NCBI GenBank assembly: GCA_043228905.1
Contig: JBHGNT010000018.1
Location: 4,154,001 to 4,218,000, forward strand
Origin: Azolla caroliniana
Taxonomy: Eukaryota > Plantae > Polypodiophyta
Direction: 5' to 3'
DNA length: 64,000 bases
Shown here: positions 50,901 through 63,394 of the stretch, one piece after another
Layout of the letters: each line of letters opens with the position of its first letter
Numbering within the stretch: position 1 is the first letter of the stretch
The notes under the pieces: generated by a model
The model's database searches: none
Told to the model about the DNA's origin: nothing
Seen by the model: only the letters and a program-made list of their open reading frames with translations
Translations under genes and position numbers: made by a program

Positions 50901-53217
50901 AGGTGTGGACCGGTAAGGAAGTGTCCCACCGGCATTTGAAGGTGTTCGGGTGTCTCGCGTACGTACATGTTGCTAAGGACCGGAGAGGAAAGTTGGATCC
51001 AAAGACCCGGCCATGCATATTCCTCGGATACGGCGATGATGAGTTCAGCTACTGAGTGTGGAATCCGGTTGACAAGAAGGTTTTCCGGAGCCGAGATATT
51101 ATCTTCATGGAGGACAAGACTCTTGCCGACTGGGAGTCGGAGAAGAAGATAATGAACTCCGATGAGATTCGGACCCACCTGGCTAAGAGCCGGTTGACAG
51201 TTGAGGAACCAGCCGGTTACGGTGAGGATACCGAACCGGCAAAAGAAGAAGTAGAGGAAGCTAAAACCAGAACCGACCAAGACCCCGAATCGGATTCGGA
51301 TGAAGAACAAATAGAGGAGTTGGTTGTCGAAAGCCAAAGACGGAGTTATCCTCTCAGAGAGAGAAGGGGCCCCCGGAGATTTCCGGATGCAGAGCATGTG
51401 CTGCTAACCAATGAGGGGGAGCCAGAAAGCTTCGAAGAAGCGAAGGATGACACCTATAGCCGCAAGTGGTTGAGTGCCATGCAGGACGAGATGGATTCCC
51501 TGCATGAGAACCACACGTATGAATTGGTGGAGTTGCCGAAAGGAAAGAGGGCACTCCGAAACAAGTGGGTGTACAAGTTGAAACCAAGAGATGCCGGCAA
51601 CCCTCCAAGATACAAAGCCAGGATCGTGGTGAAGGGGTTCCAGTAGAAGAAGGGCGTGGACTTCCATCCAGACGGTGCTGAGCATAGCGGCAAGTATGGA
51701 CCTCGACGTAGAGCAGTTAGACGTGAAGACGGTGTTCCTCCACGGCGACCTCGAAGAGGAGATCTACATGCAGCAACCGGAGGGATTTGTGAAGAAAGGG
51801 AAGGAGCACCTGGTTTGCCGGTTAAAAAAGAGCCTCTATGGGTTGAAGCAAGCTCCCCCCGGCAATGGTACCGGAAGTTCGACTTCTTCATGACCAATCA
51901 AGGGTACCACAAGATGCGGGCCGATCACTGCGTATTTGTGAAGAAGTTCGAAGGTGGAGACTTCCTGATACTCCTCTTGTACATGGACGACATGTTGATC
52001 GTCAAACGAGACCAAGTCAAGATACGGATGCTGAAGAAGGCCCTGAACCGAACCTTCTCAATGAAAGACTTGGGTCCACCAAGACAGATGTTGGGGATGC
52101 ATATCATCCGGGACCGGCCAATGAAGCAATTGTGGTTGTCACAGGAGAAGTACGTGACAAAGGTGCTTCAACGGTTCAACATGTTAGATGCGAAACCGGT
52201 CGGATCGACACTTCCGGCAAACTGCAGGTTATCCAATAAGCAAAGCCCGAAGACGAAGGCAGAGAAGGCAGATATGATGAAGATACCATATGCCTCTGTC
52301 GTCGAGAGCCTAATGTACGCAATGGTGTGTACCCGACCAAATATCGGATATGCAGTCGGAGTGGTGAGCCGGTTTATGAGCAATCCCGGCAAGGAGCACT
52401 GGAATGCGGTAAAAGGGATACTCCAATACTTGAAAGGCACCTCAAGTATGTGTCTCTGATTCGGCTCCGGTAAACCCCAACTTAACGGTTTCACTGATTC
52501 GGATATGTCGGCTGATGCGGATACCAGCTAGTCAACATCTGGATATGTCATGACATATGCGGGGGGAGCTATTTCATGGCAATCGAGGCTGGAGAAGACG
52601 GTTGCATTGTCAACCACGGAAGCGGAGTACATGGCAGTTATGGAAGTCGGCAAGGAAATACTATGGATGAAGGACTTCATCGAAGAGCTAGGGATCCGGC
52701 AAGAGGAATACCGGCTCTATTGCGACAGTCAAAGTGTCATCCACCTTGCGAAGAACGCAGCGTATCATTCCAGGACGAAGCACATCCAGCGGTAGTACCA
52801 CTGGATTCGGGAGCGAGTAGAAGACTGAGAGTTCGTGCTGACGAAGATCCACATGGAGGAGAACGGGTCGGATATGCTGACCAAGGTGCTGATGCCTGAC
52901 AAGCTAGACGCATGCCGAAAGCGGATTGGATTGACGAGGCATCCCATGCCGGAGTGAAGGGGGAGTTTGTTAGGATCTCGATCCCTCCAGATGGGATACG
53001 AGTGCCCGACATCGGAAGACCCGGTGAGAACCGGATGTTGCAGGCCCGGTGAGAACCTCTCACCAGATGAAGGGACATATATGTAAATATGTTCCAAAGA
53101 GCCCACTAGGCCTATGTTTGTAAATAGCCCAAAAGTCATATTAGTATAAATATGACCTAGGGCAAACTCAATGCATATTATGATAGAGTTATTGGTGTAA
53201 CTTCTGTACAGTGCGTA

Positions 53218-53249
<32 letters not shown>

Positions 53250-54000
53250 CGATATATAGACATTGTGTCTCTGTTGTAACCGCCGTTAGGCGAAGATTGT
53301 GAGCAAGAGGTCGTTGCCTTTGTGCTCCCTGTTGTATTACTTGACATAGTGATAGTTTGGAGTCTGTGGACTCCCGTGGTTTTTCCCTCTCAAGGTTTTC
53401 CACGTTAATATCCTATGTATTCTCTTTCTGTTTTGTGTACTTACCTCCATTCCCATTTCTTTTGTGTCTGATTGTCATCAAGTGATCTACGCTTTGGTTG
53501 TGGCCGGAGATTATTCCGCATATTTCTCGTCACATATAATGAAGTTTCTCGTATTTTGGATGGGTCTACAACAACCACCAAGTTGACGTGGATGCGGAGA
53601 ACCAAGAAAAGATTGTGTTCATGATGGAATTGGAGGCTTTCATTGTGGTCTTTACGATCTTTAGACTCAAAAGAGCACCAATGGACTTTCGTGCATCATC
53701 ATGGAGGGATTTTTGAAGCCCTCCATGTTGCCATTCATGCAAGTGTTCATGGACATATTTGCGAGCTTTGGGCCCATAAATTACAACTTATGACACTTAA
53801 CGTAGATTGTGTTTGGAGAAGTATATTTCAATCCCGCGATGTGCTTTTTTGTTGTGTCTAGGGGGATGTTATCATGCATATCATCAACAAAGCCCTTGCC
53901 TTGGACTCGAGCAAGGCAAAGGCAATCCTAGAGGAAGTCGTCCCACTTGGCACTAACTCCAAGGGCTTGGCCCATTTACTTAGTCAGATACGATGGCATA
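47950..54000 (+). pseudogene. Heavily decayed Athila/Tat-like Gypsy RT remnants flanking Copia J
   Basis: QYKDAFT*SYE at ~48180 (cf. EYKDVFAWSY); HQVDVDAENQEKIVF at ~53575-53620 (cf. RT EDQEKTAF). Confidence 0.5.
48323..53532 (+). mobile_element. Full-length decayed Ty1/Copia element J, related to I
   Basis: LTRs 48323-48936 (starts TA, mutated from TG) and 52968-53532; TSD CATAT; PBS TGGTATCAGAGC at 48940; PPT GAAGGGGGAG; gag-pol 48968-52957 with stops and an RT deletion near 51665. Confidence 0.95.
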
Positions 54001-55116
54001 GTCATCGTATCTAACCATGATACATGAAGACAAAATGTGCAATAAAGACCTCCAAAAGATATCCATTAAAGGGATTTAAAGAAAATAAAATTATACCAAA
54101 AGTTAAAGAGAATGGTTTGGAAGATATGGTCAATTATGACAAAAAAACAATGTTCCCTAACACATATCATAAAGAAACAAAAATGATCCTAATGAGAACA
54201 ATGCATCAATGGTATCAATCTTACGCTCTGAGTATAGTTGTGAAGGTCCACATGATATGACTTTCTTCACAATGAGATTTAGATAAGTGGGCCATGTTAT
54301 TATCAACTAAAGTTATAGAATGCGTTGTACATTAGTTTAAGCCCAACTTATGGAACAAATGCCAAGGTGACCATTTTTAGTGTTGGCACAAGAGTTGAAG
54401 GTCTTAAAAAGAGGGTTGTTCCCCTAGTAATCATGTCATCTGAGAATTGGATGGTTTCAATGATATGAGTATAGGACAATCGTGTTTATTTATATTTCAT
54501 TAAACTTATCCTTGTCATAAATTCACAAACAATGGAAGTCCTAAACATTATTGGAGCAATAGACATCAAATATCATTAGAGTTTGTTCACCCCTTTTCCT
54601 AATCATTCTTGCATGATGTTACAACACACCATGGAAGCATTTCTTGTGCACATTATAGATGATACTTCCCCGATCTAACAATTTATGCTTGACACTTTCA
54701 CGAATTGCCCTAAGTTCAAATTCTCGCACAACTCGTGAATACGAAATAGTATTGTAGTAAAGCTAGCGGATTGCAAACTTAACACAGTGTTTAGCAGCAA
54801 GACAATATAGTGGTTTGTAAGTTGTGTTCAGAATGCTTCCACAATCCCAAGGGTCCAAACGAAATGAACACGAAGAACTAAAGAATCACAACAAGCCTTG
54901 TTGGGTGGCTGGATGATCTATACACCCTCCCCTAGTGCCCCCTACTTACATGTATACTTAAATATGTGTAACAAGAAAGATATATTGCTATTACCATCAT
55001 TAGGATGTTTTAATGTCACAAGATGTATTATATGGTGGTGTACAATTTTTTCACAATATGTATTACAAACCATTAGAAATTAGAATGCCAATATGTTTCA
55101 TTTTTGGATGGGCAAT

Positions 55117-56084
55117 CTATTGGGTAGAGGCCAGAGAGAGAGTGTGGACTCGCTCTAAAAATAGGTGAAGATTGGCAGCCGAAGAGCCGTCCGATTTGAC
55201 GGCATTCAGGAGGAGATCTCGGAGCTCGCCCGCGCGTCTTCCACATTCTCGACCCTCGTCCGACTCCATAAGCCGACGTATGACCGCCTCCACCTCCTCT
55301 CGGTCTACAATTCCTTCATTGTGACCCTTTGTCGGCGTCCGGAACTCTAGCCCAACCCTCCACACGTCTACGAGGAGCCTCCGGTTAACCATTTGGTCGG
55401 CCATGTCGGGCCAGCAAAGCATGGGGACCCCGCCCATCGAGAGGCTCTCGAGGACCGAGTTCCAGCCGCAGTGTGTGAGGAAGCAGGAGACAGCGGGGTG
55501 CGCGAGGACCTTGAGCTGGGGGGCCCACGACACGATGAGGCCCCGTCCGAGTGTCCGGTCAAGGAAGCCGTCCGGGAGTGCGGACACAAGGGACCGATGG
55601 ACCGAGCCCGGACGGATGACCCACAAGAAGGGATGCCGGCTTGCCTCGATCCCGAGTGCAAGCTCCCGGAGTTGGGCCGTGTCCTCGTGGCTGGCGATGC
55701 TCCCGAAGGAGACATAAAGCACAGATCGGTTGGGTTGCCGGTCGAGCCAAGACACGCACCGATCGTCCTCGGCCCAGAATGTGAGGTCCGACTCGGTCGG
55801 CAAGGGGGCCTCGGAAGAGTCCGGTAGGAACAAGGGTCCCACCGGGAATACGGGGAGATTCCTTTCACACTGGAGCGAGTCTATCGTCAGCGGCTCGAGC
55901 TCGTACGCGGTGTTGAGGAGGAGTGCCGCACACTCGTGGATGCGCCCGAACATGCGGAGCGTGAATTGGAGGCGCGGGGCCGAGATCTCCCGGTTTTGCA
56001 TCGAAGGAGGGAACTCGGACGGGAGGAGAGGAAGAACTCCCGGGATGCAATCCACCGGAACCTCGGCCCGCCCGTTATCGGCAT
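55117..56084 (-). CDS. UDP-glycosyltransferase (GT1/UGT) exon 3, with PSPG box and stop
   Basis: Acceptor CCAG|AT; WLDRQPNRSVLYVSFGS; WAPQLKVLAHPAVSCFLTHCGWNSVLES...ADQ; DGSS. Confidence 0.95.
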
Positions 56085-56229
56085 CTGGAGGTGTAACAAA
56101 ATTTGTGTTAAAATATTGATGATATTCACATATGATCTCATTCGAAGTAAAGTTTTTTCAAAGGATCGAGCTCTCGAGCTTTTCTTTCTTTTCATCGAAA
56201 TTCGGAAGTTTTGTTTTTAAGAGGCATAC

Positions 56230-56420
56230 CCACGAAAGGGATGATTCCTTTGTCGATGAGGAATTGGGTGTGGTATAGGATGGACGCAGACGTTGCGTTG
56301 GCCGTGTACACGGACACGAGGGGGAGGCTGAAAGACGCGGCCACATCCGATGACCACGTCACGAAAACATCGGAAATGATACAATCCACAGGTCCATCAT
56401 AATCATCATCACTGGGAATC
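56230..56420 (-). CDS. UGT exon 2
   Basis: TAG|G acceptor, G|GTATG donor; PVDCIISD (catalytic Asp); intron phases 2 and 1 join in frame. Confidence 0.9.
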
Positions 56421-56502
56421 CTACAACAAATAACCATCAATTTACTCTAGAAATCATCCATACCAAGGAAGAATTCACACCATATGACCACCAACCCCAT
56501 AC

Positions 56503-57023
56503 CTCGTCTCAACCACGCCACCCGGTTTCCGTTGGAGCGAGTGTAGGAGGTGCTCCACCCCAGCCCGCATGCCAATCATTGCAAGCTCTTGGTCCGCAAA
56601 TCCCCGATCCCTCGGATGGTTTGCTGGTAGCCCATCGGGGACATTAATCATTCGTATCGGGAACTCGACATCCGACACAGCATTAGAATGTGTATCGCTT
56701 TGACTTGGCATTGGGTAGACATGTAGGCGACGCCCCGATGATGATGAAGGCGAAGGAGAGCGAGGCGATCGAGCCAACGTGTGGTCCGTGACGATGAAAG
56801 TGATGCGGAATCCGTGCCTTGACAAGCGGCGGGCCAATTGTGTCAATGGTGTGATATGGCCCTGTATGGGGAAGGAGAGGACCAAAGCATGCATGGATGG
56901 GTGGCAAGGAGATATACTTGGTGTTGTCGATGGTGAAGTTTTGTCCGAGGATTGCGATATTGCGACTGATTCGTCATTGCAAACACCAACATGAACATTA
57001 GGGGGAGTAGGTTGATGATCCAT
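56503..57023 (-). CDS. UGT exon 1 (alternative ATG at 56894)
   Basis: HALVLSFPIQGHITP (catalytic His), VPDGLP; donor AG|GTATGG; spliced CDS 521+191+968 = 1680 nt = 559 aa. Confidence 0.88.
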
Positions 57024-59738
57024 TGGTTAGTGCAAGGTGTGGGTTGAATAGGTTCTCTTGAGAGACCCCAAGGGCCAACTTCAAGTTCTATAGTTTCTAG
57101 TGAAGTAGAAATTATGAAAAGAAGCTTTTTATTTATATCTTTAGAAAACTCTCTTAAAAAAAGGAACAAGACACACATTTGTTTGGTTTTTTATTTTACT
57201 AAAGTTTGACTTTTCCTTACAACCCCAAGAGCTTATACACGTAACACTATCAAAAGCAAGTCTTGTTTGTCTTTGATTCTTTCTACTTGCATGGTCACAT
57301 TTGAAAGCTTTCATCGGTTACTTCGGTTAAAAGAAAAAGAAAAGCATGAACCTTCCTTATTCCACTTCCTCCCTTGACTTCCAATATCAAAAAAAAAAAA
57401 AATCGATAGTGTTTGATATTTTTTTCGGCACCCATGCAATTGTCACATAAAATATCGGATGTCATAGGAATGTTGGATATTTTGGCGTTGGCATGCTTGT
57501 AGAAATGAGGAGAATTCTAGTGCTGCATTAAATACATATAGAACATATGTGAATAATGAAAAACAACATGTTTCTTATGAAATGGTGAGCCCTACAAGAA
57601 ATCACTCAAGTTATTGCATTCTTTAAAAGAATTATTCACTTTTTGTTTTACTTTTTCGATCCAAGATTAGGGTGTATGAGTCAATATGTTTGATGTATAT
57701 TGAACTCAAAATGGCATTTGCTTATAATAGGTGTGCCAACTCAAAATGCATACAATTTTTTTGGCTAGGCTTACAGATTTTTCTTTACTTCTCTAGGAAC
57801 AAAGGAACTATCCTTAAGTATACTACCAGTCAATGTTAATGTGGGGTAGTAGTGATTGATGCCTTTATACACACACTAATTTTGATATAATTATCTTCAA
57901 CAAATAATTGGCACATTGTTTTGTGCCTCTGCTCAACCTTTGTTTTTCTGTGCCTCTACTCAAAACACATGTGCTATGGTTATTTCTCTTTAGTGAATCG
58001 TTATATAAACCGAATTTGAAGGATCATTTAATGGGCAAATAGACCAAAAACAATGTGCATGACATTTGCGATTTGAAAAGCACGTTTTATATAATTTTTA
58101 ATTGATCAAAGTTTTAGTTGAAGAAGATAGAGTTTTAGGGGATCTCACAAAGGAAAGTATTGAGCTCTTACAAGATGGCTCTAATTTGTGAAAATGCTAG
58201 TTGGTTTTATACAACGTAATCGGGGAAGGGAATGGGATCTACCCATCAAGACACGATGTATGAAACTACCATGGTAGAATTTTCATTAATTGTATTATTG
58301 GGAGGAATTCTTGATCCACATAGCGCCAATAATCTAGTAACAAACTAGGTATCCAAAAGTTGGAATGCAAGAGTTTCTAGCAGTAAAATTATTAAATAGA
58401 ATTTGTTATAGCGGAATAATGCCAATACCAACCAAATGGCCATAATATCAAATTGATACATTACATGCTAAAGCATGGTATAAAAGCATTTCCTTCAACA
58501 TAATAAGTAGATAACCCTCACCCCGCAATAAACTGTTGCTTCTAAATTATGACATTATTGATAACATTCAAGGTCAAATTTATTTTGGAAAACAAAGTTA
58601 AATATGGTAAAGTGTCTCTTGCAATCACATTAGAAGAAACAAAGGCATATATTGAACTCATTACTTGCACACGTCCACAGATAAGCTCTCTTTCGTAAGA
58701 GAATTGATCATCTTTCATTCCTTTCAGGATAGAATGGTATCTTTTTGGAATTTTTTATACATGACCTATTGTAACCACTTGCTCAATAAAAAATACCTCA
58801 CATCAATCCAATGTAATAGTCTTCATATGCACTTGCTTGCGTACTATTCCAAGAAAGAAAAATGGTACCCAATATTTTGGTTGAAATTGATTCTTCGTAA
58901 ATGCTTACATTTTTCATCATAGAATTACACATGCATCGATAGGGAATGATGATAGTGTATGTTGTATCACCTCCAATCTTACATGAACCACTAATGTTTC
59001 TTGTCTCTAAATTGATGTAGAGACTACTACCTTGTAGGAAATTATGAGAAACCCTACAAAGGTTTGAAAATCACGTAACAACAAACCCTTTTTCACAAAG
59101 CCGATAATTAATTAATTTTGTCTAACTAAACATTAATTGAGCACAAATTCCTTTAACAACAATTCCGTTTTCCATTATTCAAAAGCATCATCAAGAACAA
59201 AAATTTTAACATTTATCCAACTGTGCTATCTTTTCTTAAGGAAAATTTGTTAACAGGTTAACTTGGTTATTAAATTAGTCAATGAAAGAAGTAATAACTC
59301 GTTAATTGCTACCTAGGAGAATTTGGTTTTAAATTAGTTTTGTAGAAAATGAATGGAGATCTGATTATTGCAAAGATGGGATTGTTGTTTGGTGAATTCC
59401 CATAACTAAAGCATCTAGCCTTTTTTTAATTAGGCACGATCCCATCCATGACAATGCCATCACCCCATCATAAACAATGAGCCTAATAATAGTCGCCTAG
59501 AGGATATGTATGAAAAAACATGAACTTGGTCTAAAAGGTTGAATATGAACCCTCTCTAGCTACAAAAATCATCTAAAGCAACATGATAATGTTGAGGTTA
59601 TGTATGCAACTAGAATTCTTCATACAACACGATGTGACATTTGTATTCAACATGCCAAGTGATATTTGTCATGGTTTCAATCTCTCACGAGTAAAAGGGT
59701 AGAGTATCAAATTTGTGTATCAATATGGTCGTCATGGC

Positions 59739-60100
59739 ATTTATCTTTGACAACCAAAACTTTCTATCCACCACTTTTTTGGTAGCGAATGACCTTCACA
59801 TAATGCAATCCAAGGTTCAAACTCATGACCTTTGCAAGTCAATTGTTCACTCTTAAATATATTATTGGTGCTTAGTGTTTGTGGGATATCAAGCAACAAA
59901 CAAAAAAACCAATAATTAGTATCAAAGTAGAGAGGAGAAAACCTATAAATTGCTCCTCTCTACTATGACACCAATCATATATTTAAGAGTGAATAGGTGC
60001 CTTGCAAAGGTCATGAGTTTGAACCTTGGATTGCATCATGTGAAGGTCATCCGCTACCAAGAAAGCGGTGGATAGAAAGTTTTGGTTGTCAAAGATAAAT
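59739..60100. repeat. Fold-back inverted repeat with ~132-bp arms
   Basis: 59739-59870 is the near reverse complement of 59969-60100; inner stem GTAGAGAGGAG/CTCCTCTCTAC. Confidence 0.85.
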
Positions 60101-60788
60101 ACTGTTCAAATCGAGAGGCATACATAATAATGTGCAAAATGAGCAAAAGTGGTGTCAAAGTATTGCTCCTATTGATTTTGCCTATAGCTATGCTTCATGA
60201 CCTCTTCGCATTTACAATTGGAATTGCTCTTTTCCTAGCTAGAACTAATTAATTTTTAATTTTTTATGATGATAAAACAAACCCAGTAGAGTTGCCAATC
60301 TTATTGTAAACAAGAAGCAAAGGAACCTAAACTTGTTTCATAGCAAGTTGTCATGGATGTCGGCTAACAAATTCTACTCCTCACTAAACTTTCTTCTATC
60401 AAGCTATTTGCTTCCAACAATGTATAATTTGTATTTGTGCACGATAATGTGGTTGGGTAGTCAATTCACAAACGCTCGACTTGCCAACCTAAAAAAAGGG
60501 ACATTGCAACTCTCATTTCCCCTATTCTTCAAACCTAACAATGTTCTAGAACTACAAGGGAAAAAAAATAGAGAATACATACAGTTTCGTGCAATAAATT
60601 AACCACAATAGGAATGTCATTATCATTCAAGGTTCACATATAACACTCACAATAGACCACATTATCATTCAAGGTTTACTTTGGATTAAAACAATTATGT
60701 CAACTACCATAGCAAAGGAAGCTTTAAATGTACAAAACAAAATAAGTCTACAAAGTAATCCTTAGAAATTAAAAGAGACCCGATGCCT

Positions 60789-60863
60789 TTGGCACATGCA
60801 ATTTCAATCAAGCCGTTGGCATGTGCTACTTCAATCAGACCATTGGCACATGTAATTTCAATC
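60789..60863. repeat. 27-bp tandem repeat, about 3 copies
   Basis: TTGGCACATG.AATTTCAATCA unit. Confidence 0.7.
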
Positions 60864-61498
60864 ACGCAAACATAGATGGCCATAATTAAGAGCCGATAAT
60901 AACAGTTGAAACTTTTGCATGTCGGTGGCTCAAGACAGGTGTATTGGCTAAATAAATAGTGCATGGTTGGTTGAGAATATGCGATAAACACGTTTATGGG
61001 CATATGTCCCTCCATTGAATTATAGGTTTAGGTGTAGTATGGTACACACCAAGGATAAACCAAAACTCCTTGCATACATTAGTTTTGAGTACAAAGTATC
61101 ATATTGGACTCATTATAGATTTGAATCCATTGATTTCTTTTTTGTCTGGAGGGTTAGTACAATCATAATAACGAGATTAAATGCTGTTTTAAAATGATTA
61201 ACCTCTCAACCTGCAAAGACCATGAAAGCACCACAACCGGAAAAGCTTGACATGGTTTTGACCATTTTCGAAAGACAACACTCCCCCAAAGCAAGATAAC
61301 TTTCTATGTGTAAAAAAAGAAGAAAATGCAACTCTTCAAATGGAGCCTTTTTCCCTTTGAAATTTGCAAATTAGGCTTTCACCTTATAAATGGAGGATGT
61401 ACACATGCATACAAGGGTTTTGTCTTTTGAATAAAAATATACATAATAATAAAAGGCTCTCACACATAATATAATAAGATTTGCGAAAAACAAATCTT

Positions 61499-61576
61499 TT
61501 AGTTCAGACTCTCTGCTTGCTCTGCTTCAGATTTCCACACTATATCTTTAATCCCCGTTGACAAATTGTTATAAAA
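61499..61576 (-). CDS. CIPK: CBL-interacting protein kinase, last coding exon
   Basis: GCAG|FYNNLSTGIKDIVWKSEAEQAESLN*. Confidence 0.9.
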   Translation of the reverse strand, partial: FYNNLSTGIKDIVWKSEAEQAESLN

Positions 61577-61679
61577 CTGCATGGATGAATGGGGCACACA
61601 ATGTTGAATGAAATCATACCTCAAGATCATATTCAGATTTCTTTACTTTTCCATTCAGTAAAACAAAATTTGAAGGCCA

Positions 61680-62105
61680 TATATGTATGTATATGTGGAT
61701 GACATGCATGCATGCAATGCATGTGTGTACATATGAATGCATGCATGGATGCATGAAAGTACATATGAATGGATTGATGGATTTATGCATGCATGTGTGT
61801 GCGTAAGTATGGATGGATGTATGCATGCATGTGTGTACATATGTATGCGTGCATGGATGTGTGTGCGTATGTATGGATGGATGGAAGGATGACGTGTATG
61901 GATGAATGGATGGAAGAATGACATGTATGGATGTGTGGATGGATGCATGGATGTATGTAGTATGTATGTATGTATGTATGTATGTATGTATGTGGTAACA
62001 GATGTACAATATGTGTGGCATGGATATAAAATGTGTGTATGGCATGGATGAGTGATGTGTGTGTATAATGAATGGACGATGCATGTAAGGATGTATGGTG
62101 TGTAC
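61680..62105. repeat. Degenerate (ATGG/ATGC/ATGT)n low-complexity tract in the CIPK last intron
   Basis: Direct reading; source of spurious His-rich ORFs. Confidence 0.85.
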
Positions 62106-62272
62106 GTAGGAAATTAAGAAGATTTCTGTAGTTCTTCTGGAATTCCTCTAAAGCTCTAAATTTCAAAAAATGATGTCTTGATTATCTACAGCCACCTTAG
62201 TATGACCAGAATTCACAATTCCTCTAGAGTCTATTAATAGCAAGGAAATGCAATTTCACAGTTGCTTAATAC

Positions 62273-62347
62273 CTTGTGAAACTCCAAAGTATCACCACCA
62301 GATTTGCGGACCTCGACCATAAAAAGCGATGGTGCCACTTGAAATAC
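62273..62347 (-). CDS. CIPK: CIPK exon (75 bp)
   Basis: CAG|VFQVAPSLFMVEVRKSGGDTLEFHK|GT. Confidence 0.93.
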
Positions 62348-62495
62348 CTGCCACCCAAAACCATTGTTTCTTTTTAGTTCCATTGTTATTATCTTTGTCC
62401 TTTCTTTTTCTTGTAAGTTACAAACTGTTTTGTATGTAAAGCAACTTTAAAAACAAATTGTCTTTACAATCCATATAGATCTTCTTGAAACCAAC

Positions 62496-62552
62496 CTGTG
62501 TTGCCACAGAAAGATGACCTTTTCTTCCTTTTTTTTCTCCTTGTAGCTTCAG
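62496..62552 (-). CDS. CIPK: CIPK exon (57 bp)
   Basis: TAG|LKLQGEKKGRKGHLSVATQ|GT. Confidence 0.93.
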
Positions 62553-62646
62553 CTATGTATACATTACACAGCACCAGAGTTAGTAAAAACACCAGAACTA
62601 GTAACAAATAGAATATTATCATTCTATGCATTTTTCAAATCACTAC

Positions 62647-62763
62647 CTTGTAGTTCTTCTTCTCAACATTGAACCCTAACGGCTTTGCAGTTGATTCAAT
62701 CTTGGAAACAATTTCCTGAGCTGGACATTTGGATGTGAATCGAGTCTCACGTTTCACGAGATC
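62647..62763 (-). CDS. CIPK: CIPK exon (117 bp, PPI motif); upstream exons lie beyond the window
   Basis: CAG|DLVKRETRFTSKCPAQEIVSKIESTAKPLGFNVEKKNYK|GT, typical of intron-rich CIPK3/9/23-type kinases. Confidence 0.93.
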
Positions 62764-63218
62764 CTGCAAGGACTTTGTCAATTTAAAAGTGTTGAGAATC
62801 AAACTCAACCTAGTCTAATGTGTGAACACACCCTTTGAGAATGTATGAGTATTTAAAAGTCAAAGGTTGTCACTAACTCTCCAACATTAACTATGTGTCA
62901 TAGAATTATATTCTATGACACATAACTAATGAGGTTCCACATTCCCCATGACACAGGAGCTTCTATAATTACTAGAGAGAGAGAGGGTGACTTTATATAA
63001 AGACCCTCCTTCCTTTGTATTGGTTGGTTGTTTTCTATTGTATTTCTTACTCCTTGTTATTAATATACATTTGAGTCTTTTTATTTTCCTATCTATCTTG
63101 TGTCTCTTCTCTCCTCTGTCACACACACATAGCACACATCTCTAATCTATTCCGCATAACATAATTACACTAGCTAATTATTTACAAAAAGGTTGTTTCC
63201 TAAATTGGCAATGAGGAC

Positions 63219-63290
63219 GGGGACTTGACCTAGTGGTTTGGACCCTTGCCCTTTGAGCCATAGGTCAAGAGTTCAACTCCCATCCCCAGC
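63219..63290 (+). repeat. tRNA-like remnant in a CIPK intron
   Basis: GGGGA...TGACCTAGTGG (A box)...AGGTC AAGAGTTCAACTCC (B box)...TCCCC. Confidence 0.6.
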
Positions 63291-63394
63291 CTCGATCACC
63301 TATTAAGAGAGAAAAACAAGATAGTACATGCTGAAGCATAATCTGAAAGTATTGCCTCTGTGACATTCATTATTAAAACCCTTTATTATTTCTA

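Noticed and set aside
52765-53403. 212-aa antisense ORF at the end of Copia J
   Set aside because: Spans LTR, microsatellite and antisense RNase H; not maintained in the 5' LTR copy
61614-62166. His/Ile/Thr-rich ORFs
   Set aside because: Translations of a tetranucleotide low-complexity tract in an intron
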